Counted from the first letter of the stretch, positions 41,403 to 54,908 are shown. The stretch: 64,000 nt of DNA from Octopus bimaculoides (GCF_001194135.2 NC_068981.1:126760478-126824477); one strand, 5' to 3'. Notes: a model not told the origin generated them from the letters alone. Translations and numbers: made by a program.

Positions 41403-41777
41403 GCAGGGGCAACAGCAGCAACAGCAGTAACATCATCTGCCACAACAACAGCAATACAGAGATAAAATAGCACCGGTAACATACACAGTGAGTAATAAAG
41501 AGAAAGATGAGCAGATAACCAGAAAGCTAACAGGCAGACTAACGTAGGGCGAGAAGCATAAACAGCATAAGGGATTGTGTAAAGTAGGGGTTGAAAGGTA
41601 TCTTAACTGCAGAGATGCGGGGAAGACAAAGAAAAATATATGGGGTGAGAGAAAATTCGGTGGAATTAAAAAGACGCCCTAAGCAAATTATAAGCTTGAA
41701 TACTTGCAAATAAACATAGGAATATACGCACTGCATTCATATGTACAGGCATGTAGAATTACATGCATTCATACATG

Positions 41778-41820
<43 letters not shown>

Positions 41821-42462
41821 AACCATACATACATACATACATACATACATACATACATANNNNNNNNNNNNNNNNNNNNNNNNNNNNNNNNNNNNNNNNN
41901 NNNNNNNNNNNNNNNNNNNNNNNNNNNNNNNNNNNNNNNNNNNNNNNNNNNNNNNNNNNNNNNNNNNNNNNNNNNNNNNNNNNNNNNNNNNNNNNNNNNN
42001 NNNNNNNNNNNNNNNNNNNNNNNNNNNNNNNNNNNNNNNNNNNNNNNNNNNNNNNNNNNNNNNNNNNNNNNNNNNNNNNNNNNNNNNNNNNNNNNNNNNN
42101 NNNNNNNNNNNNNNNNNNNNNNNNNNNNNNNNNNNNNNNNNNNNNNNNNNNNNNNNNNNNNNNNNNNNNNNNNNNNNNNNNNNNNNNNNNNNNNNNNNNN
42201 NNNNNNNNNNNNNNNNNNNNNNNNNNNNNNNNNNNNNNNNNNNNNNNNNNNNNNNNNNNNNNNNNNNNNNNNNNNNNNNNNNNNNNNNNNNNNNNNNNNN
42301 NNNNNNNNNNNNNNNNNNNNNNNNNNNNNNNNNNNNNNNNNNNNNNNNNNNNNNNNNNNNNNNNNNNNNNNNNNNNNNNNNNNNNNNNNNNNNNNNNNNN
42401 NNNNNNNNNNNNNNNNNNNNNNNNNNNNNNNNNNNNNNNNNNNNNNNNNNNNNNNNNNNNNN

Positions 42463-42511
<49 letters not shown>

Positions 42512-43561
42512 GTGTGTGTGTGTATAAGTGTGTGTGAGCATGTGTATGTGTGTGAGTGCGTATATGTATAGATATATATACATGTGTGTGTGTGTGCGTA
42601 GTGCGTGTATACATATATATATGTATACACGCAGAAGAAAGCTGGCCGATGGTTACGTGGGAGCCACATGACCATCGGCCATCTTTCTCCTAATTTGTGT
42701 TACTTTCTTTCTCTCCGTTGTAGTTGGGACAAGGAAGACGTTTTCTTGTCTATCTCCTGTCCTAGTTTGATTTACGCGTTCGCCACCACAACCTCGTTTA
42801 GGCTTATCAGCTCTTCCTGTTTGTTTTCACTATCCTGTTTGTGTTACCAATTCTGATCCTCTTCAAAATTCAAAATTTTATTTAATTTGCTTTGCGGGAG
42901 CAACTGTTTTATCGAATTGTTTTTAAATGCTCGAAATACGAGAGTAGAAAAATAGCCAACAACTGACGAAGGGTCGTTCTTTATGTTGTTTGTCTTTTTT
43001 TCCATTTGTGTCTCTCGTTGCTCGAAAAAATAGTTCATATTCCATGAACTCGTACTTCGTATTTTTTGTTGTACACGTTTCGTGATGTCCTGTGCCCACA
43101 TATGCATATATATATATATATATATATATATACGTATAGATGTAAGTATGTACATATACATATGTATATATGCATATNNNNNNNNNNNNNNNNNNNNNNN
43201 NNNNNNNNNNNNNNNNNNNNNNNNNNNNNNNNNNNNNNNNNNNNNNNNNNNNNNNNNNNNNNNNNNNNNNNNNNNNNNNNNNNNNNNNNNNNNNNNNNNN
43301 NNNNNNNNNNNNNNNNNNNNNNNNNNNNNNNNNNNNNNNNNNNNNNNNNNNNNNNNNNNNNNNNNNNNNNNNNNNNNNNNNNNNNNNNNNNNNNNNNNNN
43401 NNNNNNNNNNNNNNNNNNNNNNNNNNNNNNNNNNNNNNNNNNNNNNNNNNNNNNNNNNNNNNNNNNNNNNNNNNNNNNNNNNNNNNNNNNNNNNNNNNNN
43501 NNNNNNNNNNNNNNNNNNNNNNNNNNNNNNNNNNNNNNNNNNNNNNNNNNNNNNNNNNNNN

Positions 43562-43640
<79 letters not shown>

Positions 43641-44164
43641 AGACAGGGAATGATAGACAAGCAGACAGAGATAGGCAGACAGACAAACCGACAGAAAAAC
43701 CTGTATAACGCAACACAACAATGGTCTAACATATATACAGTTTATGCAAATTTACATCCTCCAATAAACTTACCCTTCATATTTCAAGTATGCATACTGA
43801 CAATCAGGTCATGAATACGCGAGTATGTATTACAGAGCGCAACGGACTTTTAATTCCATATTTTGCTCTCATTTTTTAACACTTGCATCTTTATACTCAA
43901 ATCCGTTAGATCCACTCTTGAATGCATTGGCCACATATATCGTATTCCAGCTGAAACTTTATACCCGAACTTAATTTTTACTGGTAGCATACTCGACTCA
44001 CAACCCGAATCGGTTCAAATATTCATGCACTCTAACATCGAAATCTATATGCGCTTACATCCAGACTTTTAATCATTTAATGAAAGATTCAACTAAGACA
44101 CGGCTTAGTTCCATCTAAGCCATCAACTATTCTCTGATAAAACTCTGCGTTTACATCATACATA

Positions 44165-44355
44165 CGAAGGGGTACTGCTGAAAAGTTCCAGGCTCTGGGT
44201 TAAAAGAAAATAGAGGATCAATTAATTATTTTATTCGACATATTCCTCTCACAGATTCACACACTTATTGCAGTGGTCCTTCAGTTTTCCTAAACTCTAT
44301 AAAAAAATATCGGAAGGTTGGGTCTCCAACAAGGCCTTTTGTGATGCCTTTAAAT
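44165..44355 (+). mobile_element. Second, right-truncated copy of the mariner-type MITE
   Basis: TA-CGAAGGGGTACTGCTGAAAAGTTCC followed by internal sequence colinear with 38217-38400; the right TIR is missing. Confidence 0.75.
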
Positions 44356-45268
44356 CTGTGTATTATATCTTATCGTATTGTATGTTCGAGTTACATTTTG
44401 GATTGATATATACCCTGTCTTATTCCAAGGAATTTGTTAATTAATTACTAATCATTAGCCAAATATTTAATTTATTTAAGTAACTATCTACTTGCTTAAT
44501 TATATATCTAGTTACTTAATACATTTAATTATTTATTTATGCACGTTCATAAGTAATTACTGAATCGTTCTTTTAATTAGTTACATATTTAATCATTTCA
44601 ATAATTTTACTTAAACACCCAAACATAGTTTCCCTGCCCACAAGTAATTCTCAGACATCATACGTAATCTCCTTAACACTGTTTGTATTACTCAGCCACT
44701 CACACAGCATCTATTCATCTCATTTTATCTTATCTCTCTTCACATTATTCTAAGTTGTAAACATATTTATATATTTTGTCAGTCAGTTTCAATTATCGGT
44801 CCCTGATGGTAATCTTGGAATTATTTCCTCTTAACCAATGCTTGTAAGATTTTGGCATGGAGCTGAATCACATCACATCTGACGCATTAATAAACGCTAA
44901 GATTCCTTTAACCAATGAGATGTGAGTGTTTTTCCGCCATGTCATTGCACGTCTGTTGTAATTTTGTTTCATCACAGCAGGCGTGTGACGAAACGTCCTT
45001 GCACAGAGAAACTCGCGAATAACGGTTCCATGTCTTCACCAAATAATATTGTGAGCGTGCGTATATATAATATGTGTATGGGTGGGGTGCAATATTTCCA
45101 GTGTCGTTCTTTATTTTCCTATTATTTTCAGTGTGAATATTAACGTGTGTATATATATATGTATACATTTGTATTCATGCTTGTGTGTGTGCATGTAAAT
45201 ATACCTGTCGATCTATCTGTTTATCTATATGTGTGTGTATGTATGTATGTATGTATGTATGTATGTGT

Positions 45269-45309
<41 letters not shown>

Positions 45310-45729
45310 CGTGTGTCTGTGCGTGTGTGGTACGATAGTGTTATGGTGAGTAGGTGTATGTTTGCATTGTTTCAGTGGGTATTAGTGCGATTGTTCTACT
45401 GTTGCTGTGAGTGTGCGGGGGCCTTTGTTTTATTGTTGTGGATGTTGTTATATTGTAACATGTATTAATAGGCCCTTCTCTTTATGGATGTATGTGGTGT
45501 ATGTATGATTATATGTATGTGTCTATTGTATGTATATGTGTCATTTACATGAGTGCGTGATAGGTTTAGGTCTGTATGTGTTTTTGAGTGGTGTATTTAT
45601 GAGGGTGTTCGGGGGTGATATGAGTGGAGCATAAGCCACGCTTTTTGGGCATGTCACACTATGTGTATATTTAAGTTGTGGGTATATTTTTGGACGAAAA
45701 GAGTGATATTTTCAGGTTAGTGTGTGTTT

Positions 45730-46060
45730 TGTGGCACTTGTCTCCTATGTCAATCACCAGTGGACTCTGAGTCGCTTGGCAGCTTTCAATTACCATCGAT
45801 AGATATCTTTCACCAAGAGGCATGAATGTTTCTAGTTTAAAATGTCCACCGATGACATCCAGCTTTCAGTTCTTGGAACAAAAATTCTAAATTGATTATA
45901 GGGTGATGAGTCAACAAGTTGTCAATTATCGGGAGTCTGTCATATTTTTCATAGTGATTCAAATTTGTGGGCGGACGGGCGTGTGTGTAACATTGCCAGA
46001 ATTGCATTAAAAACACTAGGATCCCTCAGTGGTACCAACAAATATTTCGACCAAGCTTAA
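45730..46060 (-). mobile_element. Decayed LINE APE-endonuclease remnant
   Basis: Minus-strand LHTRPSAHKF ... LDVIGGHFKLETFMPLGERYLSMVI resembles Y.RP....F ... IGGDFN...G.RL. Confidence 0.35.
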
Positions 46061-47009
46061 GTTATAACCACAGTGTGTACTGCTCCCATTTTCTGCTGCA
46101 CACACTAACACCTAAGACCAAATCCTGATGAAGGCCATTAGTTGCTTTTCTTTTGAATTTGGTTTTAGTTGTTAGTCACCGAATGGCAAATTGCCTTCAG
46201 ATAATTTGCCAATCATTTGAATACATTTTCTTTTTTATTTGAGCCTAGGATTGTCTGATACACAATATTAGAAGGCAGAACACATTATTGCAGTACTTAA
46301 GAGTGTAAGTATATCTATCTTTCTGTATGAATGTGAATGAGAATACGGCGATGTTCTTAGTGATAAGTGAAATCGTTTTGAAAGGAGTACATTGACATAT
46401 GGGAAGTTTCTATGAATCAAAAAGCAACAGAATGAATGTAAATTAAACAAAAACGCAAAAAGTTTTTTTTCTGTTTTTAAGATTTAAAAAAATAGCTTTA
46501 AAAGAACACTGGCTCGCTTGGGTTTCATTCTATCCCGGAGAGATATCAAAATGAAGAAAACTCAAAAAAGGAGGCGAAATTGTTAAAGAAAACACAAAAA
46601 GGAATGTGTAAATAAGTTCTTGATGTGAATATTGTGTCAGAGACTGGTACGAGTTTGGATGAAATGATGTGTGATTAATATAGCAGGAAATTGCCAGAAC
46701 ACCCATAGAACAAAGATAGAAATGCTATAATTTAAAGTATCAGTATTAAAGATAGCACCGTATGGTATGGGTCAACTCCCAGCTATTCAAATCTGTTGCT
46801 CGGTTTTTATTCCCAGTAGAAATCGTTGGATTTCCGACGAATCTTGCTAACAGATTTTGTCTCTAAAAATAAATGTTTATACAGATATATACATCCATGT
46901 AATGTTATACATTTAATATTCTTACTTAAAATGAATAATTGTAAATTGTAATTTTTTGGTAATAGTTTGATCTTGAAAAAGGGAATATATCTTTGACCTC
47001 CCAGACCAC

Positions 47010-47400
47010 TCAATATTGAATCAGATTAGTGAAAGCAATGCGATTATTGTTCCTCTTGAACAACTGCGTGATGATTACCAGAGAACAAGTATGGATGGAG
47101 AGGGAATTACAGTGTGTTGGCATACTGGCGATGAAGGATTGGACATAGTGGTTGAGTTCAGACCTTGGTGGGGCAGCCACAATATAAACGTCGAGAAGAG
47201 AATCGATTCAGTGAGGTCAACATAGGTGGAATTAGTACGAGACCACCTGTCTCTGAACAGGAGTCACTGCAGTTGTGGCTGCAGCAAAGAAAGTAGAGCA
47301 AAGAGGTTGCACATCCGAGATGACTGGGTATGGTGGTTAGACTATGTTGATGAGCCATCAAAAGCGAATAAAGGTTTCTCAAATATGAAAGTAACTTTAA
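47010..47400 (-). mobile_element. Decayed CR1/L2-like LINE 3' remnant
   Basis: Minus-strand NHYVQSFIASMPTHCNSLS resembles the Y..SF.PR....WNSLP end of CR1/L2 ORF2. Confidence 0.35.
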
Positions 47401-48502
47401 AAGAAAACTGACTCACTTTGGTTCCAATAAAAAGCTTAAAGACAGTGGAATAATAAAAGTACGAAAAACACAGGATGTACATGCTACTCGGCCAAGTCTT
47501 CTCACTTAGGATGTCTAGTGCGCTCTATTAACATCTTTTCGTAAGCGGAAACAGAATTCTATTTTAGAATTATGTACACAAGACAATTTTTAATATGGAA
47601 ACGATGTTTTAAAAGAAAGACCAAACAAACACTAATTTTTCTTCCCTATCGAAGATATTTTCTACAACTGGAATTGAAGTCGTAGGAATCTAGAATGGTG
47701 AGGGAAATGAAAATACTGTAAGTTCAAGATAATATTGAGTTTGCCGACGTCATAAGAATTTTAGACGTGATGTAATTCTTTTTTGGAATACTGGATTTCG
47801 AAGCACAAAAAGAATCATATTAACAGTGAGTATATTTATGGATCAAATACACACATAGTAAGTTCAAGATTTTATGATGAACTAATTAAGCCTTCTTAAA
47901 TTTTAACATGCAAGTTTTGCTTTTAGTAATGAATTATACTGGTTTTGGTAATTACTTATAGACAAGGTTAAACTGAGTTATTTATAGCACTGTGTCTTCG
48001 ATATGAATATAGGGAACTAACTACATACACAAGCTTTTCTACAGTACTACATCTGTGTCTTGATGCTATTGAAGATTACAAGTTTGTCTTGTTCTCACTT
48101 GAATATCTTTCTGAGATCTCTCCTTGAGCAGTCATTGTCTAATAAAGGTGCCATCTACATTGTATACAGATGACACCCATCGTAAAGTTTTAGTGAGAGA
48201 CGTGGTTATTATCTGGATAGGAAAAAAAGAACTTAGATCCTCATCGGGGAGGAAATCTGACTGGTGTAAAGATATTTTGGCAATGTGAAGCATTAATGCT
48301 ATGTCTTTATGAGAGTCTATTTCAGACTTGTTATTTAATATGAGTGTAGAATATGTCTACACTACTCTTTATCTCTGTGCATATCTGTCACATTCGTGCT
48401 ATTTTCTGTGTGTAAAAAACAAAGAGGAAGGGAAACATATGTGCGTTTTTAATTATGTGTGTGTTAATGATGGGTTTTGTCAATAAATTCATGTTACAAT
48501 GT

Positions 48503-48886
48503 GGAGGCGCAATGGCCCAGTGGTTAGGGCAGCGGACTCGCGGTCATAGGATCGCGGTTTCGATTCCCAGACCAGGCGTTGTGAGTGTTTATTGAGCGAA
48601 AACACCTAAAGCTCCCCGAGGCTCCGGCAGGGGATGGTGGCGAACTCTGCTGTACTCTTCCACCACAACTTTCTCTCACTCTTACTTCCTGTTTCTGTTG
48701 TGCCTGTAATTCAAAGGGCCAGCCTTGTCACACTATGTCACGCTGAGTATCCCCGAGAACTACGTTAAGGGTACACGTGTCTGTGGAGTGCTCAGGCACT
48801 TGCACGTTAATTTAACGAGCAGGCTGTTCCGTTGATCGGATCAACTGGAACTCTCGACGTCGTAAGCGACGGAGTGCCAACAACAA
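48503..48886 (+). mobile_element. Intact tRNA-derived SINE, family C, with 13-bp TSD
   Basis: A box TGGCCCAGTGGTTAG, B box GGTTTCGATTCCC, (CAA)n tail. TSD CATGTTACAATGT at 48490-48502 and 48887-48899. Confidence 0.92.
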
Positions 48887-49206
48887 CATGTTACAATGTT
48901 GTTGTTGTTGTGGATGTCCCAATACAAGTTCAATACTGCAATTCAAGATGAAGTGATAGAATGATTTCAGTTCAAATTGATGTGAGATTTGTCACTCCTG
49001 GGGAGACTTTGGCCTTGAGGACCATGCCTCGAGCAGGTTTGGTAGAACAATTTGCATTCCATTTAGAATATGATTCCATGTCGAAAATTCTGCTTCACTG
49101 AAACCCTTATATCGCAGTCGGAATGTACGTCGATTTTATGTATGTCATATTCTACGTATGTCAATGATGATGATGATGACAAGAAACGACGATGAAGATG
49201 ATGATA

Positions 49207-49252
<46 letters not shown>

Positions 49253-50338
49253 ATCTACTCGTGATTAGGTTAGATGCACCAACTGCCGAAATAACATTCC
49301 ATAGCTCTTGTTAAGACGATTAGTGCCGTGATGTTTTTTTTATCTGTTGTTATTACTGAATTTNNNNNNNNNNNNNNNNNNNNNNNNNNNNNNNNNNNNN
49401 NNNNNNNNNNNNNNNNNNNNNNNNNNNNNNNNNNNNNNNNNNNNNNNNNNNNNNNNNNNNNNNNNNNNNNNNNNNNNNNNNNNNNNNNNNNNNNNNNNNN
49501 NNNNNNNNNNNNNNNNNNNNNNNNNNNNNNNNNNNNNNNNNNNNNNNNNNNNNNNNNNNNNNNNNNNNNNNNNNNNNNNNNNNNNNNNNNNNNNNNNNNN
49601 NNNNNNNNNNNNNNNNNNNNNNNNNNNNNNNNNNNNNNNNNNNNNNNNNNNNNNNNNNNNNNNNNNNNNNNNNNNNNNNNNNNNNNNNNNNNNNNNNNNN
49701 NNNNNNNNNNNNNNNNNNNNNNNNNNNNNNNNNNNNNNNNNNNNNNNNNNNNNNNNNNNNNNNNGGGGGGGGTCGTGGTCTTCTTTGTGTTGCAATGTTT
49801 GCTGGATTTTCTTTTCCTTGTTAATATTTTGCTTGTGCTACTACTACTACTGTAATTTCTGGTGTTATTATTATTATTATTATTATTTGTTTTTGTTGTT
49901 GCCGTTGTTACTGTTGCTCTTATTCTAATTCCCATTTGTGGGGGCGTTGCTGTTAGTCGGAATGTTATTATAATTGTAGCTGATGGTGATGGAGGTGGTG
50001 GAATTGTCGCTTAAACAATATTAGATTTTTTTTTTCTAGAGTTATGTTTAGCCCACGACGTTGCTGAATCCGTGTTTACCCATAATGCCATTTCTACCTC
50101 AACAAAATGTTCATACCATCTGCTTGCTTCAAGTTTCTTTTGATGTTTTTTGTATTTTTTCTTTTCACATTTCTTAAGCATTTCTTTTATTTGCTCTCTT
50201 GCTTCTGTCCGTGTATGTATGTATGTATTACGTATGTATGTATGTATGTATGTATGCATGTATGTATGTATGTATGTATGTACGTACGTACGTATGTATG
50301 TATGTATCTATCTCTGTATCTATTTATCTAGTGTGTGT

Positions 50339-50372
<34 letters not shown>

Positions 50373-50979
50373 CTGTGTGTGTGTGTGTGTCTGTCTGTCA
50401 GCCATTTTCTTAACCAAATTCACTCTGTCTCTTTGTGTTAATACTTCCATTTCAACTTACCCCAACCCCTAAAATTTCTGTCTTACAGGAAATAAAACTG
50501 CCCCTAGTCTCAGCGACTATTCCGTTCGATTTCAATTCTAAATACATTTATTAAATACCGCTACACTCTTAAATGCGTGGCTACAGTAATAGAATAAGTA
50601 TCTTTGTTTTGATTCCCAGATGGAATAATTACTCTAACTCTGCTTCTAAATGTTCCACAATTTTCTGTTTGTACTGCAAGCCATAACTTCAAGTTCTGAG
50701 ATTTTGTCTACCACTTACACACTGATATTTATAAACCCTATGCAATGTGATCTCTCTCTCTATACATGCAACTTCACTACCTTCTCATAATATCTTCAAA
50801 TTATTTATTAATCAGAAGTGTTAAAACATCCCATAAGCATTTGGTTAACTGCAATACCACTAGCAGCCCAAATCGTCTAAATAAAATAAGGTCATATCAC
50901 TGCCTACACTAAAAAGAAAAACTATAATCACTGCATCCTACATGCTTTTTTGTTTGGTCAGTTAGTCAGAGAAGAGAGA

Positions 50980-51240
50980 GCGTCTTTCCAGACTTGTGAG
51001 ATAACTGCTGTTGCTGTCTAGTTTAGCATATGTTTAAACGTGGAAGGGAAGGAAATTCCAGAAAGAGGTTCTTATGAAGGAGAAAGATTACCAGTGGTTT
51101 TTTATGCATATGTAATGGAAGCAATCGTAAGAATTTTGTGCTGAGTGTGCCAGGATAAACAGAGTATAGAGCTTACTAGTTCAGTGGAATAGTGACTATT
51201 GTATGCACAACAGTAGAAAAAGGAGGGTAATAGCGCATTT
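50980..51240 (-). mobile_element. Decayed CR1/L2 (Crack-like) LINE ORF2 3' end
   Basis: Minus-strand FFYCCAYNSHYSTELVSSI ... RTSFWNFLPFHV resembles FYRY..G.CSSEL...RT..LWNSLP..V. Confidence 0.5.
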
Positions 51241-52398
51241 GTTTGTTTAATTATAATGAAGAGTTTAGGATTTCTTTCATTTTGGGGGTGGGGGTTGTTG
51301 ACAATATGTCGAAGGGCCTTCTTTTGAATATCCTACTTTTAACCCTGCTATACATACGCTCGTGGAAATACTTCCCCCGCCCACACGGTAACCAATAATT
51401 AATTTATATATGATTTATTACTTACAAGGTACAAGTGCTCTGTTTAAAGTGTGTATACGTACTACAGCTATTAGTAGTATAGTAGGATATATCCGAATAT
51501 ATTGTTTATACAAGACCACACTGTCAAATTGCTCCAGTTTTGTAAAGCCTCTATTCTCCTCCCCCATCACATTAATACATCGCAGGCCATATCTTGACTC
51601 CCATTTGACCGCATTAGCAGTACATGTCTTAGTCATACCATCAATATTTCCATGATATCTATAATTTACATTACCTTGTACTAAATATGTTATCCAGTTA
51701 TTTGGATGTCCCTCTGGTGCAACTCACATTCCATATGATTACTTCTACACTTAAAGTAACCTTATTCAAATTGACCAAGCAGTCACTTCGTAATGGCCCT
51801 GACATCGCATTGCCTAGAAAAACTGGGGAAAGCTACTGACAAAATAAAACATTACGGAGATTTTGTTATTTATTTATGAAGTTAGAATTTAATTAACAAA
51901 AGGTAATTACATTGCAATTAATTTTAGTCGAGTTACATATATATGCTTATGTGAATGTGAATACAAATATGTGTGTGCGTGTTTAACAAAACAAAATAAA
52001 TACAAGAAAATTACATAAAATACAACAGAGCTGAAGAATTTATTGTATTAAGAATATATATATTTCGGTGTTGTACTTGTTTGGCAATGACTTAATATAC
52101 GACAGGATGTAAGAAACTGAAATATTTACACTGTATAAGAGCCGTTTTAACCTTTTAAGAACACACAAAAGCTATTTTATATTAACTGTTTGCTTGTTTC
52201 TCAGCGTCAAAATGTTCGTTGCATTTCTGCTACATGACACAATTCTCTTGCAACTATTAAAAATTATTGACAGATGAGCATTGAAAGGTATCAGTCTGCG
52301 TGTTCTTTATTTTTTAATTTGTTGAATTTTCAGACATACGGTCTACTGCATAGTTCTTGTTTGACATTGTCATATAGATTGCCGTTAGTCTATTTTAA

Positions 52399-52999
52399 CA
52401 CATTGGCTCCCGTACGTCTTGCCGGTGGGTCGTGGTGGTATGTTAGTGAGTCCCGCACGACCCACTAGTGGGTCGTTTTTTAAATTTCTTTCCTATGGGC
52501 TTTCTGAGAACTGGCATGCTCCGATTGCTTTGATTTGTGCTTTTGCTACACTAAGAGAACAATGTTTTGTAGATTTTTTAAAATATTTTTTTCGTTTTTC
52601 TTCTGATTTCGCCATGTAATGAGGTAAAATAAAAGATTGAGTATTGAGAAAATTTTATTTACCATTGGAACAAAAATAGCTAGTTCTTTTTGAAAAAAAT
52701 TGGTAGATTTTCCAATAGAAACAGAAGGGAATGAAAAATATTTTACTTGCCATGGAAACCAAAATAGTTCTTTTTGAAAAGATTTCGTGATCGTGTAGTA
52801 TCGTGTGGTATGTCGTGTGATATGAACCAGGGTACCACACGCCCCTCCGGTGGGACGTGGGTATCTAATTCTACCTATGTGATCCTTGCTTCACATATGG
52901 TTTAGTGTAAAAATATTACGCCGTTCATGTCAAAATTAATTAAGGTATCGTTTTGGAACCCTGGGATAAAACGTAAAATGAAGCTCAGGAGCCAACGTG
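52399..52999. mobile_element. piggyBac-like non-autonomous element (about 600 bp)
   Basis: TTAA|CACATTGGCTCC ... GGAGCCAACGTG|TTAT (12-bp TIR with one mismatch; TTAA left flank, TTAT right flank), plus asymmetric subterminal IRs at about 52412-52440 and 52833-52862. Confidence 0.7.
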
Positions 53000-53399
53000 T
53001 TATATTCAATACCTTTATTCCCTCTATTTCATTTTTCTCTCGCTCACTGTTTCTATCTCTTTTTTCTTATTTTCTCCTCCCTTTCATCTTTCTACTTCTT
53101 TTTTCTTTATTTCTCTGCCTCTGAAAATCAAGTTGTAAGGTAGTAGCTTTAGCAGAAGATTTCATTAATATAGAGCTGCTGTCAAATATGCTGGTCAAAA
53201 TTTGTAGATTTGAGTTCAGTAATACTACGGAAAATGAGAGCTTACCGTATGTACACATTTTGATCTGGAAAACTATAGGTTTCACTCTAATCAAATTAAT
53301 TTCATGATACCGCAACCAGATACCGCAACCCAGACCCATGCAAGGAGAAAGAGCTCTTCAGTATTGTAAAAACCCAGATAGTTAAGGATCCCTATGGTG

Positions 53400-54335
53400 T
53401 TCTCAACAGGAACTACTCTATCTGGTAGAGTATAATTGCACCAAATTGTTTCCAATACCATTTGTCAGAGAAACCCAAACAGATAACGATGGCTGTGGCC
53501 AAAATATTTAATGCACACATTTCTGTTGTGTTTTACAATTCTATAAAGTTTATCAGAAATGACTGCAAATTTGTCATTAAAGGTTCTGACACTGCAATAT
53601 TTTCTCTGACACAGTGAAACAAGAATGAAGTTACCCAATTCCAATAAGCACAATGCATCAACATCAATGGAGCTTTCTTCGTCTTTCTTATTCATGAATT
53701 CAATAATTGGAAAATGACCAGTTTACATCCCTTAAGCAACTACTGCACTGCTGTAGACAAAGCAGACACAGAGTCAAGAGGCACAAAACCTCCGGGATAT
53801 TTCAGTCTGTACAAGTATAATTCCGTCAGGTTCCGTCTTTATTATACATGGAACAACAAGAAATGGAAATGAAGAAAGCAAGGTACTTCTCATGAAGGAT
53901 TACCTGGCATAATTTGTGACAGTGCTATTTCTACAGTCACTTCAGTAAACATGGATTCTTTTCATAACTTCTTCATGCATGCAAGGTTTAAGGTCATTTC
54001 AAGATCTTCAAGTAGTCAATGGCGAAAGCTGCATTACCCTCAGGTAAACAGCTTATACGCGGATTACTGGAGAATGATGCCTGATGAGATGAAACATAAT
54101 CAAACATTTCTCGATCTCAAAAAGCCAATTGGGTTTTTGCTTCGCCAAGGTGTTCAACTGTTGTGAACCAGCCAATCTGATCTAGCTTTGACTTAAATAT
54201 CGTGAAAACTTCGCTGAAGATTTCATGCATCACGTTCATCAGACGTACTCCAGTATGGAATAAAGGTTCACCGATGAAATCTACAATGCAGCTCTCATTC
54301 ACAAGCTCAATGATATAAATGGCCAAATGCATGAA
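53400..54335 (-). mobile_element. Decayed DNA transposase remnant, possibly MULE
   Basis: Minus-strand IVDF..PLFH...AKTQLAF...KHNRNVCIKYFGHSHRYLFGFL, in the order of the MULE motifs DFE..CxFH..ALAF..HN...HPNxFxFL. Multiple stops. Confidence 0.35.
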
Positions 54336-54777
54336 AAAAATACTACCTCCCTAATCCTAACTGTATTAAAATCAATAGTCTAGTAAAAGGAATGTGGAAG
54401 TTCCACCCGACCCCTCAGAATTTCTTTAAGCTCTTATTGGTGAAACCAAAAACATTGCATATCCTGAGAAGCTGACATGGCAATGTTTAGCATTGCCAAG
54501 ACTATGATAGGTACAAATATATTATATAAGCTCCTGTTAATATGGTCTCTTTATTACATGTCTTATAGTTTAGATATTTGAATAAATGTGTTTTATCTGG
54601 GCACGCAAGCTTCCACACGTTATAAGAATAATTTAATTTCTATTGATAGTTTACTTCCGGACAAGAGAAACCCAAAGTTTTTTTTTTTTAGACTGAAAAG
54701 GCCTTCATTAAGAACAATTCTGAACTATTTACATTATTTACATTTGACGGATATTTGTCCTCATCTTGTTTGTTATT

Positions 54778-54823
54778 AACACAACGTTTCGGCTGATATA
54801 CCCTCCAGCCTTCGTCAGGTGTC
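54778..54823 (-). ncRNA. Minimal type I hammerhead ribozyme motif (Penelope-associated, dimer type)
   Basis: Minus strand GACAC-CUGACGA-A-GGCUG(GAGGGUAUAU)CAGCC-GAAA-CGUU-GUGUU. Stem I GACAC/GUGUU, conserved core, 5-bp stem II, and a loopless self-complementary ACGU stem III. Confidence 0.7.
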
Positions 54824-54908
54824 TTGGGGAAATTTCGAACCTGGGTTCTCATTCCTAACGATGTTACTATTATTATATTATTATTATTATTATTATTACT
54901 ATTAATCA

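Noticed and set aside
41075-41482. Minus-strand ORF with a hydrophobic start and (AP)n
   Set aside because: Built from (GCGGGA)n, (GCA)n-like and (GGAT)n simple repeats.
48503-48580. tRNA gene
   Set aside because: The A/B boxes belong to a SINE head with body, tail and TSD.
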